Made by a program: the position numbers and the translations under genes | Notes under the pieces: generated by a model | Database searches by the model: none | The model's input: the letters and a program-made list of their open reading frames with translations, nothing else | Told to the model about the DNA's origin: nothing | Shown: positions 24,164-35,723 of the stretch, in pieces | Layout of the letters: each line of letters begins with the position of its first letter | How positions within the stretch are numbered: position 1 is the stretch's first letter | From: Balanoglossus misakiensis | Taxonomy: Eukaryota; Animalia; Hemichordata | DNA: 64,000 nucleotides | Reading direction: 5' to 3' | Assembly: GCA_040954595.2 (NCBI GenBank) | Contig: CM082580.2 | Coordinates: forward strand, 982,783-1,046,782

Positions 24164-25977
24164 TGTAACAGCTTTTCACCAAATTGGACCATTGGCGAAT
24201 TGAACTCTCTGTACAGGATCCCATCTTTCATGATGAACTTCAACCTACCTCCATTCCTAGTCACTTTCTCGTCACCCAAAATTGCCTTCTCACGTAGTTT
24301 GTCAAGAGTGGAGTCTTCTTCTTGAGCTTGTTGAAGCTTCCCTGGCATCACCACTTCACCAACAGCTTTAGGTACTTTAAGCTCTCTGATTGGTTTTTGG
24401 TTGGCTATCTTCTGGGCTCTGGTCTCCACAGCATTTGCTAAACCTGGTACCTGTCCAACAGTTGTACACAGTCTACATGTCGGCAATGGTTCCTGCCATG
24501 TAGTATCAGGATTCGAAGGGTCAGATACACCATCAATGTTGCCCAGTATTAAATCATACACATGGTTCATCATGCACAGTGCAGTAACATCACCAACAAA
24601 GTAAGGGGTATCAACTTTTATAGAGGCTACAGGTACTCTTCTAATAGTCCCATCTATCAGAACACACGTCCTGTACTCACCAGTCAGCTGATTACTTGAC
24701 ACCAGACTTCTTCGAACTACCACGCTACTACACCCACTATCACGCAAAACGCTAACCAGCTTACCATCGAGCAATCCCTTCATTACCGGCATCTTCTTCA
24801 CTCCATGGGCACTACAAGCAGCACTCATCACTGGGAGCTTATGACCACATGGTAACACGAACTCCTTATTCAGTGTTGCATCTGTTTTATCTATTTCCAT
24901 TGCTACCACCATACATGCATAACCAGTGTCTAGTCCCCTGGGCTGTTGACGGTTGCCCCAATGTGTACATTCTTGTTTAGGTGGATAGTTTCTATCTTCT
25001 TCAGTTAACAATACCGCCGTCTTATGCATCTTTGGCTTACTTCTACAATCTTTGGCCATATGACCACCTTTACCACATACGAAGCACGTACCTTTAAAAA
25101 CATGGGAACCATTGGTTTTGTTATTAAACTTATTTACTTGATTTGGATATACAGCAGGCTTGGTATTTGCTGTCGGCTGGCTCCTTGGATTATTCTTGGC
25201 ATTACTTGGCAGTTTCCACCACCCTCGGGCATCTAAGTATTTTGAGGCAGTAGATACCATCTCTTGGACATTCTCTGGCCGTCGCTCTCTAATGAACATT
25301 GCCATGTCTCTGGAACATACTCCAATAAACTGCTCTCGAAGTAACAGATCTGTAAGCCCATTGTACGTCTTTGGAGTACCAGCCAGTTCTACCCATCTGC
25401 CCAAATAGTCACCAATACGGTCCATAAACTTTTGAGCACTTTCATCATAATGTGGCATACACGAACGGAACTTGTCATGAAAACTCTCCTCACTTAACTG
25501 GTAAGCCCTCAATAACTCTGGTTTCAATTCATCATAATTATTTGCAGACGCTGCAGGCATTTGGTTGTATGTGGATACATCCTTACCTTGTAACAATATG
25601 CACTGAGATTCACCCCCAGTCATCTTTTTCCCACTTCTGAGCAGTGGCGTAGCGCTGAAAACGTTGAAGGTACGCATCCATATCATCAACATCCTCACGA
25701 AAACCCTGTAGTCTCGGAGCACGCGCTTTGGCCAAATTATTTTCAGTAACCTGCTGTTCTGTATTTTCCCCTTTCAATTTTAATTCTTGTAAGTGAATTT
25801 GCATTTTCAGTATCTCTCTCTCATGTTCCTCGCGCCGCCTATTATCTTCTCTCTGCTCCTCTCTCTCAGTAGCCCTAAGATCCCTCTGTCTAATTTGTTC
25901 CTCTCTAACATAATCTTTTAAAGCAGTCCCTTCCAACCCAAATTTTCTCCCTATCTTAGATATTCTTTCTGCATATA
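24164..25977 (-). pseudogene. gag: Gmr1-like gag-protease
   Basis: GRKFGLEGTALKDYVRE coiled coil, MDAYLQRFQRYA, SCAN-like EQFI...FIRERRP, CFVCGKGGHMAKDC, LRDSGCS. Frameshifts near 25595-25615; start codon apparently mutated. Confidence 0.88.
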
Positions 25978-26255
25978 TGCTTTGCTGTATCGCGATTTAC
26001 AACCCCCAGTTTGACAACCCCTAGCAGTACAGGGCATTCAGCACAAGTCAACACAGCCAAACGCACGACGCAAACCAACACGGCCCATATTATATAGCAG
26101 GAAACCACAAGCGCACATACAGTAACAGTACCAGCCTACAGACCCAGCACCGTCTTCACAATTTGCAGAATCTCTACCTAGCAAAACCATGGTCTCCACT
26201 ATATGGCAACAATTTATGATAGTATACAAACAAATGCACAACAAAACGATAAAAC

Positions 26256-26272
26256 TCCCGGACGAGCCCCCA
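26256..26272 (-). promoter_or_regulatory. Primer-binding site, tRNA-Pro type
   Basis: TGGGGGCTCGTCCGGGA on the minus strand, 2 nt after the LTR-terminal CA. Confidence 0.9.
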
Positions 26273-26274
26273 AA

Positions 26275-27571
26275 TGTCAGAGGTGGAGGGCACCCCTCTG
26301 ATTCCAGGATAAATATTGAGCAGCTCTCAGTGCCAAGGAGTAAACATCCGTGGATAAGGTATGGGGAGAAACTACACAAACCAGTGCGGATACAATAATA
26401 CAGTTGATTTAATTTAAATCAATTAAATAATATAAAGATAATACTAGGAATATAATTTTTGTGCACAATATGCACAATATCAAATGTCTCTGTCCTAACC
26501 AATTTAGCAGGTACAGGTATGCTGATACAATTGGTCATACAATACAATGGGTTACTTAATATATTACATAAATGAATATATTCACAATATCACTATAGTT
26601 TATTGTCTATTGCATATTGTCTAAACAATGGTAAGTGTCACTTAGCTGTATATAACATTCATAGTAAACAATCATGATTCAACCACAATATGGGATGGAG
26701 TCCTGTATAGATGAACGATGTAGCGACGATCCACATTACACATACAATCTGTGATACACCATGTTTTCTACCACTTGTAGTCCTCCAGTAGTCAAGTAAA
26801 CACACTGAAGACTGACTTGTTAGATGCAAGTCTTGGGTTAAATGGCTGAATGAAAAATCAACAAACATTGACTGAAATGTCCACCTTAGCAACTGTTCAC
26901 AAATGAATACTGACGTTTCTCAATAATAATTATCAGAAATTTGGACTAGTTAAAGCGTCATGATTACATGTGATATCATGGAAAATTATGCTTTAACTAT
27001 GACCGTCCTATTACTTACAAATTGTCGAATTTGACATAAATATCCATAAAATATAAATTTAAGTTATAGTAAATAAATAAACAAATACATTACTTACACG
27101 AGAATTCTTCACCACACTTCATGCTCAGCAATACCGGGTCTATAGGATGGTTCCACAGAACTCTGCTTGGAGCAATTTCCAGCCACACCACATACGACCA
27201 TGCCAGCCACGCCAATCGCCCGACCACACCGGTTTGCACTGAATAAGCACAATTCTGCTTTCTAGAAGTACTGAATTTACTTCCACTCGAATTGCAGAAA
27301 CAGTGGTCCTGAGAGCACTAATGCGCGCTACAGCATTACATGGACACAGCAAGGTATGGTGCAATATTTCCCCTAGTATTTCTACTCACTGAGCAGGGAG
27401 ACCCGACTTGTTGCTCCCTTCAAGACCTAAATTGAAGTGTGCTCTCTTACTACACGAAACTTAGCTAACGAAGCCCTATTCATTAACATGACAATACACG
27501 GTGTCACTACACCTGAAATTATGCGGGCACCTGGGTTTCCACTGACTCCAGTACTACCTAATTATATGACA
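26275..27571 (-). repeat. 5' LTR of the Gmr1-like element (~1.3 kb)
   Basis: TGTCA...TGACA ends, adjacent to the PBS. The outer boundary is inferred because there is no second LTR to compare. Confidence 0.65.
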
Positions 27572-27785
27572 AGTTGGGACCGACAGTCGAGACCCATACA
27601 GCATTACAATCAACAAATAGTAAAAAAAATAAAAAAGTAAACAAAAAACAGGAAAACATTTTAAAAATACAAATAAAATTATGAAACTACTAAAAAAACA
27701 AAACAAAAACAAAAACAACACAAAAACACAAAACAACAAGCGAGGTCAATAAAGATTAACGCTTACAAAGATAGAAAAAGTAAGA

Positions 27786-29754
27786 CTGTTGTGATTATTG
27801 CTGGAATAGGCAATGTTTTAATCTACCTGCAAATACTGGTGTGACAAAGATTGTCGGCCAGTCAACATCACCAACGATATTAACAATATAAAAATAAATA
27901 AAATTTCAACGATTCAACTTCTTTTCTAGCTTCCTATCTGGATAGTTTGTTTTATTTTACTCTAAAGATCACCTTTCTTCTAGGCCACGTGGCAAGAGAC
28001 GTTTTCAACTTCTACTATCATCGATGCGAGAGTACTATAGTATTCTCATATACACAGACAAAGGCCACCAAAATAAGAGAATCATTTGGTCAAATGGTAG
28101 AGGGCGCAAAAACAGATATTTCAAATGACAAAATTTTCCGATAAACGTGTTTAATCAAATCAAACTGTGCTCAATGGTATTCTTGCAAAAATTGAATACA
28201 CATGAAACAAAATACAGCAACTGCCATGAACAACAAGTTTATTCATGACAAAATTCAATTTTTTTAATCAGTGATTTCCATTATCAGCTGAAAACTAAAA
28301 TTAGATTGTCATCTTGAACAGTATAAAATCAGCGAGCAATTAGACATTAAGTACCCAGCATACTAAAATAAAACCATGTAAACATGCACAATTAGATAAT
28401 CAAAGATTTTTTATTTATTCACCATGATGTTTTTAATTTATGTCAAATCAAAGTACTTGAAGTTATGGAAGATCAATTAAAATAGAAAACTGTAATTTTA
28501 ATGGCTCGGTAATGTATCCAATTTCTGCCCAATATATGAAATTTCCGAGTCAGCAACTGAAGAATTCGTGGGGAAAATATTTACGTGATGTGTAACAGAA
28601 TTCACTTGGAAGTAAGGAGTTTTTGTAAAATCAACATGCATATTACAATTTATTTGTAAAAACTTGATTGGCAATGGAAAATTGGCGTTTAAATATATAG
28701 TACTTCAAGATGAACAGATAAAATATAAGTTATTACAGATGTCATTTTACGACAACAAGGAATGTTCAATCGTTCTTTAATATCTTTAATGATACCAGGT
28801 CAAAGGTCACCTTTGCAAATTCAACCACTGGTACCATAGCCATTTCAAATGTAGCCAAAAGTGCGCCACCACTTTCTTCAAACATACTGAAACCATCTAC
28901 AGGTTACTGTAGTCCTATATCTCTTGGCATCCATGGCAGTTTAGCTAGACATGAGCTGGCAAGGGGTGACCTGCAAGCTTTGAACTCTGGCTTCGGTAAT
29001 GTCGACTCTGGCTCTGGCATATACTTGCAGGTCCATATGACCTTGGGGTGAACATGGTCATGAAGAAATAAATAGAATCTGTTTGGTACATTGTCAACTT
29101 CATTTTAAACTTTCAAAAAAATAACAATATGGTGAGTAATGTTTTTGTTGTTTTCAAAGAGACTCACCATACACTTTAGTAAATCAAAGACTTGAAAAAG
29201 TTTTGAGGACTATCATTTGTCTGAATCTCGGACCGCGAGGCACATACTACCTTAAATAGTTTCACTCGCAGCTTCTTGTGGGCAGTTTCTCCTTGCGTAC
29301 CTGTACAGACACACCAGGAGACCGATCCCGATGAACAACGACACCCACATGAAAACATTCAAGCGTCTGGTCACACCCATTTCCGTCAAACAAGAACATG
29401 AATGAAACTGCGGAGGAAGAGAACGGGAGAGTGCCCATTAACCCTGTAATGGCCAATCATTTACTGGCACAAGGTTCAGGATGTACGATCACTGGAGTTG
29501 AAAATAAGGTCATGGATTTGAAAATCATTTTGAGTTATGAAATTGAAATACATATTTTTCATTGTGGATTCTCCGACATAAATATTATCAAAATCAATAA
29601 GGGTTGGCTTTTTAATTTATGACATATAACGCCATGAATCTAGCCCATTAATACAAAGGCAATACTTAAACACATTTCGGGGTAGCGTTATGACAACTTG
29701 AAGAAAGTATGAATACAAACTTTCTAAAGTAATATTTTAAAGGTTGGCGTATTG
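27786..29754 (+). repeat. ~2-kb segmental duplication, copy 2
   Basis: Matches 10990-12957. Confidence 0.92.
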
Positions 29755-30287
29755 CTTAGCATAATCATTTTTCCGTTTGCTGTGACATTTGTCTCCCTGT
29801 GAGAGTTTAAGTAAATGTAGAGTCACGCAAATTAGGCAACATCAATATCCCATACGTAATTCAGTGTGTTTTGTTCGCATTTTTGGTTTTCATTTTGAAA
29901 ATGAACAAAGGACTTTCCTATCATTGACCAACACTCGTATGAATACATCCAAATTACCCAACTTTAATTTTCCTTAAAGAATTGGTCAGCTCTGCGAATA
30001 TATTTCACCTGACCACTTCCTTTGCTAAGGAAGAGTGTTGTTTATGTAATAATATTTTTATAATATTTATAACTTATGTAGCACATTAAATCTCAACGTG
30101 CTTTAAGTTGTCCCATGGTCATTTGAGCTAGGATGTTGGACCTAAATATTCCATTCAACTCCCTGGGGAGCAAACAACATCTCACCATCATTAGAAATGC
30201 CAAATTACAGTGCTTTTGGCCACGTATTAACCTGGGGATTTACAGTTAACTTTAAATACACACGCATATGCATTTAATCCCCATGTG

Positions 30288-30629
30288 AGGGACAAAGTCT
30301 CTCTCTCGCTGCCCTTTTCCCATATTATATTTGATAAGAGACACCGTTTGTTATTCTACATGTGGATATATAGCGAATGAACGTTCAACCACACACAACT
30401 TCCATCCCTCTTATAGACAGGAGAGTGAAAAACTCGCCAAAATGAATAATCGTTCTTTACCATTTATTCATTTTGGGCGAGTTTTTACTCTCATATCGTA
30501 CAAACGAGACGGAAGTTGTGTGTGGTCGAATGTTGATTCACCATATATCCACATGTAGAATAACATCAATGGCGTCTTGTATCATACATAATTAATTGAA
30601 AAAAGGCAGCGATGAGAGACTTTGCCCCT
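30288..30629. mobile_element. Kolobok MITE made of two long TIRs; left TTAA lost
   Basis: AGGGACAAAGTCTCTCTC...GAGAGACTTTGCCCCT|TTAA. Homologous to the Kolobok end at 52550-52717. Confidence 0.85.
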
Positions 30630-30704
30630 TTAAACAATTGGTCAGCTCTGCGAATATAGTTCACCTGACCACTTCCTTTGCTAAGTAAGAGTGTTGTTTA
30701 TGTA

Positions 30705-31057
30705 ATAATATCAATATAATATTTATTACTTATATAGCACATTATGCAATAAATCTCAATGTGCTGCTTTGAAGTGTTTCCCATGGTAATTTGACCTAGG
30801 TCGTTGGACCTAAAATATTCCATTCCACTCCATGGGGAGCAAACAACAGCTCACATGTGCAGCTTTTATATCAGCAAAGCAGACCTATACATACACATTA
30901 CAATATCCGATCCACCAAATTACCCTTTTCTTATAGGCGGGGAGAGGCAAGGAGATGTAAATTGCCTTGCCAGAGGACACAACACCACAACCATGCCAGG
31001 GATCAAACTCTTGATTCTTTGATTATGGGTCTGATGCTCTAACCACTGGACTATGAC
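30705..31057 (-). mobile_element. tRNA-derived SINE with conserved central domain and L2-like tail
   Basis: Minus strand: A box TAGTCCAGTGG, B box GAGTTTGATCC, GTGTTGTGTCCTCTGGCAAGGCA, TGCTCCCCATGGAGTGGA, tail GTGCTATATAAGTAATAAATATTA. Confidence 0.75.
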
Positions 31058-31832
31058 ATTAATTTGAGGCCATCGCTTTCGTCAATTTCCCTGCGCTCCC
31101 CCTGGTAGTTTACGTCCAGTCCCTTACTTGTAATTGTCTTTGTTTGGCAACTGCAGGCCAAAAAGTTTTACTACCATGAATAAATCTACCCTAATCGATT
31201 ATTCATAAAAGTACAACGTTTTTTTTTTGGAACTACTGTCGACATTGTAAAAACCCCAGGTAGTAACTTGGGGGTGAAACAAGGCAACTCTCAGTAGCTC
31301 CTGGGAACAGTTCAATTTCATGGTCATATCATTAAATGTGCTGGTCCAGTGAAAAAAAATGGGTCTCATGAACGTTCCCCAATTCATGACTCATCGCCAA
31401 GGTCCTTGGAATGAAGCACATTTTAAAACAGGCAACTGGTCTGGTCTTTTGCTTTGTCAACTTTCGACAAGCTTTAGCCGTGCATGCCCTGTAAGTCACA
31501 ATGCACATTAGACATCAACATTACTTTAGAACATGGTGAATTTCACACAGTGTGTAGGTTATATTATTGACTGCTACAATATTTTCAGTGTTTGGGTGTA
31601 AAATGAACCCAGGTAGCTGGCAGTTGAAACACTACTGAACAAACAGTTTCATGTCAATGTAATCCAGACATTATCACTGAAGAGGTGTGAACGAGCGAAG
31701 ACATTCAGGAGGCTCCTCTGTGCAAACACTGCCCTTGGCTACCAGCTGTGAAGTGATATGATAGAATTGTACCACATCAACTAGCAAGGCCCTGCACTGT
31801 AAGATGTTAAGTGTTATTTTTTGTGTGTTTTA

Positions 31833-32400
31833 TTTGGTCCCATTTGTATAGGTATATACAGTGGGACCTTATGGATTTGGTTGCGTCTGTATGTATGTAT
31901 GGACATATGGACGGATAGATGGATGTATGTCCGTACACATCAAAAACTTGAAAACCGTTGCGCCAATAACCTCGATATTTGGTGTGTAGATGCATGCTAG
32001 GCTGTAGATGGGAGTTTGTTCAAACGAAGTTGTCATTGCCAAAAATATATACAAATTAGCTGGGAAAACCTTAATTTGGTCAAAACTCAGAAACACGACA
32101 AGTCCTGGTCATGTTGATTTGAAAAAATGGTATGATAGTACCTTATATTAGCCTCACACATTTCTGTATGTTTTAAGCTAATAGTGTGAATTTTCTACTT
32201 GTTATGCATTTTTTTGTCTTTTTCCACATTTTTGGTAAAAAATCTACTTTTCTGGAATTGATCAGCCGACTTCTGTGAAATTTACTATGGAGCTTCATAT
32301 AGGTGATCTGAGTTACATGATGGATACCAACGTAAAACCACATATTGCCACCAGTCAAATATGTTGAAAACAGTGTCATATTTGCTACCGAAACAGATCC
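31833..32400 (+). mobile_element. Possible Helentron-associated (DINE-1/HINE-like) non-autonomous element
   Basis: T-rich start, short inverted repeat GGTCCCA...TGGGACC, then degenerate GTAT/GGAT microsatellite. 3' end is approximate. Confidence 0.5.
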
Positions 32401-32521
32401 TACTGTATCCTTTAACACCCCATTAGGGAACATGTATTCAAAGCATAGTAAGTTTCCACAGTGGGAAAAATACATGCAGTAAATGTCACAGTGCATTGTT
32501 AACAATGCATAAATTAGATAA

Positions 32522-34380
32522 TTAAGTCAAAGGCTGACATTTCTCACTGTGTGTGACCAGGGTATCATTTTAAACACAGACTGGACTTTGAGTATTGTGT
32601 CCAATGGAAAAAATACATCAGCATCTACGTCTGCAAAAATGGTGTCAGAACTGACATATCTTATCATGTATGCCATCGAACTCAAATGATAAAATCTTCC
32701 TTTCATGTGACCTGTCTGGTTAAAGTTTACTGCCAACATTTCACCATGCTTTACCCACCCAAGACACAGTGTGTCAAATCCAATATTTGGTTCAATGAAT
32801 GAACCATGAAAGTTTCCGAATTGGTACTACCCGAAAACGTCACATCAAGCTAAATTTGGAATTTTGATGGGGTGGGGAGGTAAAGCTTATCTAACATATA
32901 GTCGTTTAGATTTAACACTATGCCTGTGAGTTACATGTTAATATTTTCTGCATGTCTGTCGCGTACAATGCGTCGGTGCGCAAAAATGATCACAGGTACT
33001 ATTCAGAAGAATTCCGCTGATTCATGATGACTATGTGCATGGAAAAACCCTGATTATGATCTAACTGATAAACAATAGCATGATATTAATAAAATATACA
33101 CATTAACCAATGAATGAACCATCATGAAGATTGTGCCCTAACACTTATTTAAGCTTTTATCACTATTATACCTTTGTCATTACTAAAGATATGAACAGCC
33201 CTGTACACCAAAGCTATCACCACATTTGTTAACCTTTATTACACCATTCATATGAAACCATTCACCATCATCAACCTCTATTATATTCATTGTTTTGCCC
33301 ATTATAATCTGTGTACCCTCAATTTTACCACAAACCATCACCACATCAGTTAACTGTTTATTAAACACTTCCACATGTGTTGCCCATTATTATACCATTG
33401 AAATTTGTAAATCGATCATTATACCTATCATACAAGCAATTGCTGATTGCTGTTAACCCTTGTGTACCACAAGCCATTATCATGAAATAGGCAACATGAA
33501 TTTCACATAACACAGTTTGTCAGCTCTGAAAATGAAGTTATCATGATCATTATCTATGCTAATTAAAAGTGTACGTGGGAAATTGACCTTAGCAGGCGCT
33601 GCCTTATTAAGCTCAAAGTCAGAGTATAAATAAATGTACAGGCGTATAAATTAGACAACATCAATATAACGCAGATAACACAGTTTGTCAACTCTGAGAA
33701 TATTGTTCTCAGGACCATTTCCCATGCTTAATTAAAGTGTTGTGTATGTGGTACAGTTTGGATTCCTTGTCAGATTTCCTATAACACAGGTCGTGAGCCC
33801 CGAAAAGTACCATAACACAATTCTCATGAACATTTTCCATGATCAATAAAAGTGTTGTGTGTAGCATAGTCATTTTTCCGTTTGCTGTGACATTTGTCTC
33901 CCTGTGAGAGTTTAAGTAAATGTGGAAACACGCAAATTAGGCAACACCAATATCCCGTACATAATTCAGTGTGTTTTGTTCGCATTTTTGGTTGCCATTT
34001 TGAAAATGAACAAAGGACTTTCCATTGACCAACACCCGTATGAATACGTCCAAATTACCCAACTTTAATATTCCTTAAATAATTGGTCAGCTCTGCAAAT
34101 ATTTTTCACCTGACCACTTCCTTAGCTAGGTAAGAGTGTTGTTTATGTAATAATATTAATATAATATTTATAACTTATGTAGCACATTAAATCTCAACAT
34201 GCTTTAAAGTTGTTCCATGGTCATTTGACCTAGGTCGTTGGACCTAAACATTCCATTCAACTCCCTGGGGAGTACAGCTCACCATCATTAGCAATGTCAA
34301 ATTACAGTGCTTTTGGCCACATATCAACCTGGGGATTTACAGACAACTTAAAATCCCCCTCAGCATGCATTTAATCCCCA
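32522..34380 (+). repeat. Segmental duplication, copy 1 (copy 2 at 52718-~54415)
   Basis: Collinear from TTAAGTCAAAGGCTGA; copy 2 lacks one ~170-bp subrepeat. Confidence 0.9.
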
Positions 34381-34922
34381 TGTCAAAGTGCAGAGCTTGC
34401 ATCACCATCTACCCCTTACAGTACTTATGGCCATGTATTAACCTAGGGATTTACAGTCAACATTAAATACCCATGCATATATTAACCTGGGAATTTACAT
34501 TCAACATTAAATACCCATGCATATATTAACCTGGGAATTTACATTCAACATTAAATACCTATGCACATGCATTAAATACGTATGCCAAAGCGCAGAGCTT
34601 GGATCACCATCTACACTGATGCATCATTAGGCTTGCTACGCCATTTCCCCTAATGCAAAGAATCACATTCAATGTCACCATTGTATTAGCTATGTCAAAT
34701 TTCAGTGCTTTTGGACTTGTATTAACCCAGGGATTTTCAGTCAACTTTTAATCCCCACATGCATTTAATACCCATGTCAAAGTGAAGTGTTTGCATCACT
34801 ATCTACCGGGATGCATCATCAAGCTTGCATCGCCATTTACCCTGATGCAAAGAATCAGATTCAGTGTCACCATTTCATTAGCAATGTAAAATAAAATTGC
34901 TTTTTGCCAAGTATTAACCAGG
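34290..34922 (+). repeat. Short array (~3 units) of the ~193-bp satellite
   Basis: ATGCAAAGAATCA...GCAATGTCAAATTACAGTGCTTTTGGCC units as at 56950-64000. Confidence 0.85.
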
Positions 34923-35318
34923 GGTACCAATTCTCTGCCCTAGCAAGGGCCAGGGGTACTTATTCTCTGCCCTAGTAAAGTTTACAATCCCATAAATCAC
35001 TATTGCAATAACATGAACTATGACATGTTCAATGCACAGCAAAACAGCAGCAACCAATCCAATTGAATGTTAAAACATGTCTCAATATTTATTATCAAAT
35101 ATTAATTTTTAAGATTACCCTAAGAAGTCTCTATAGTATCACACATTTTAACATCTAGGCTAGCTGATGATAAGTAATACTTACCAGAAACTTGTCCATA
35201 TCTGATGCTTTTTGACAACAATACCAAAAGTGGTTCACAATGTGGGTCACCCATTTCAGCAGTGGTTTGCACTCTTTGTTTTGTGCAGCCTTAAAAAAAC
35301 ACAGAATACACTCATGAT

Positions 35319-35472
35319 TGTGATGTCCGGGGAGGGGTTATTGACAGTCGACAACGACGGAGTTCCACAGAAGTGATGTTTATTGAATGACAACCACGCG
35401 GGAACTAACAGTTACAGGAAATCTTGTATACAGACCATGTGACAATCACGTGATCATGACAATACTATCACA
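35319..35472 (-). repeat. 3' LTR (154 bp)
   Basis: TGTGAT...ATCACA. By eye it differs from the 5' LTR only at one dinucleotide (TT vs AC). Confidence 0.95.
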
Positions 35473-35723
35473 TCTCCTCAACTTTAGAAGAAAACTTGTA
35501 CTTTAAGTTTACAACTCGCTTTGGAAAGTATGAAATTTGCCAACACTGTCAAATTGTAATGCTTTGTGAATGATCATGTTCTAACAAACGAAAACAAACA
35601 GAACCTTAACCTTAACAAGAACTTGAGAACTTCATAACTAGGAAAATACAAATCTCCAAGAGAAAATTTGCTCTACAGAAACTCATTCCATAATGTTTGT
35701 GGACAGTCTTATGTCAATATAAT

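Larger units (their letters stand above)
16676..27571 (-). mobile_element. Gmr1-like Ty3/Gypsy LTR retrotransposon (gag-PR-INT-RT), 3'-truncated and interrupted at 18690-24163
   Basis: One LTR, tRNA-Pro PBS, gag with SCAN-like segment and CCHC knuckle, protease LRDSGCS, integrase upstream of RT. RNase H and 3' LTR are missing. Confidence 0.9.
29760..31057 (+). repeat. Duplicated module (paralog ~53891-55221; partial copies ~33864-34340, 55391-55560, 56070-57010)
   Basis: Shared CATTTTTCCGTTTGCTGTGACATTTGTCTCC start, SINE fragment, satellite fragment, Kolobok MITE and SINE in the same order. Confidence 0.85.

Noticed and set aside
24061-25722. 553-aa ORF as one real protein
   Set aside because: Chimeric: the N-terminus is out-of-frame gag and the last ~34 aa read into the inserted transposon end.
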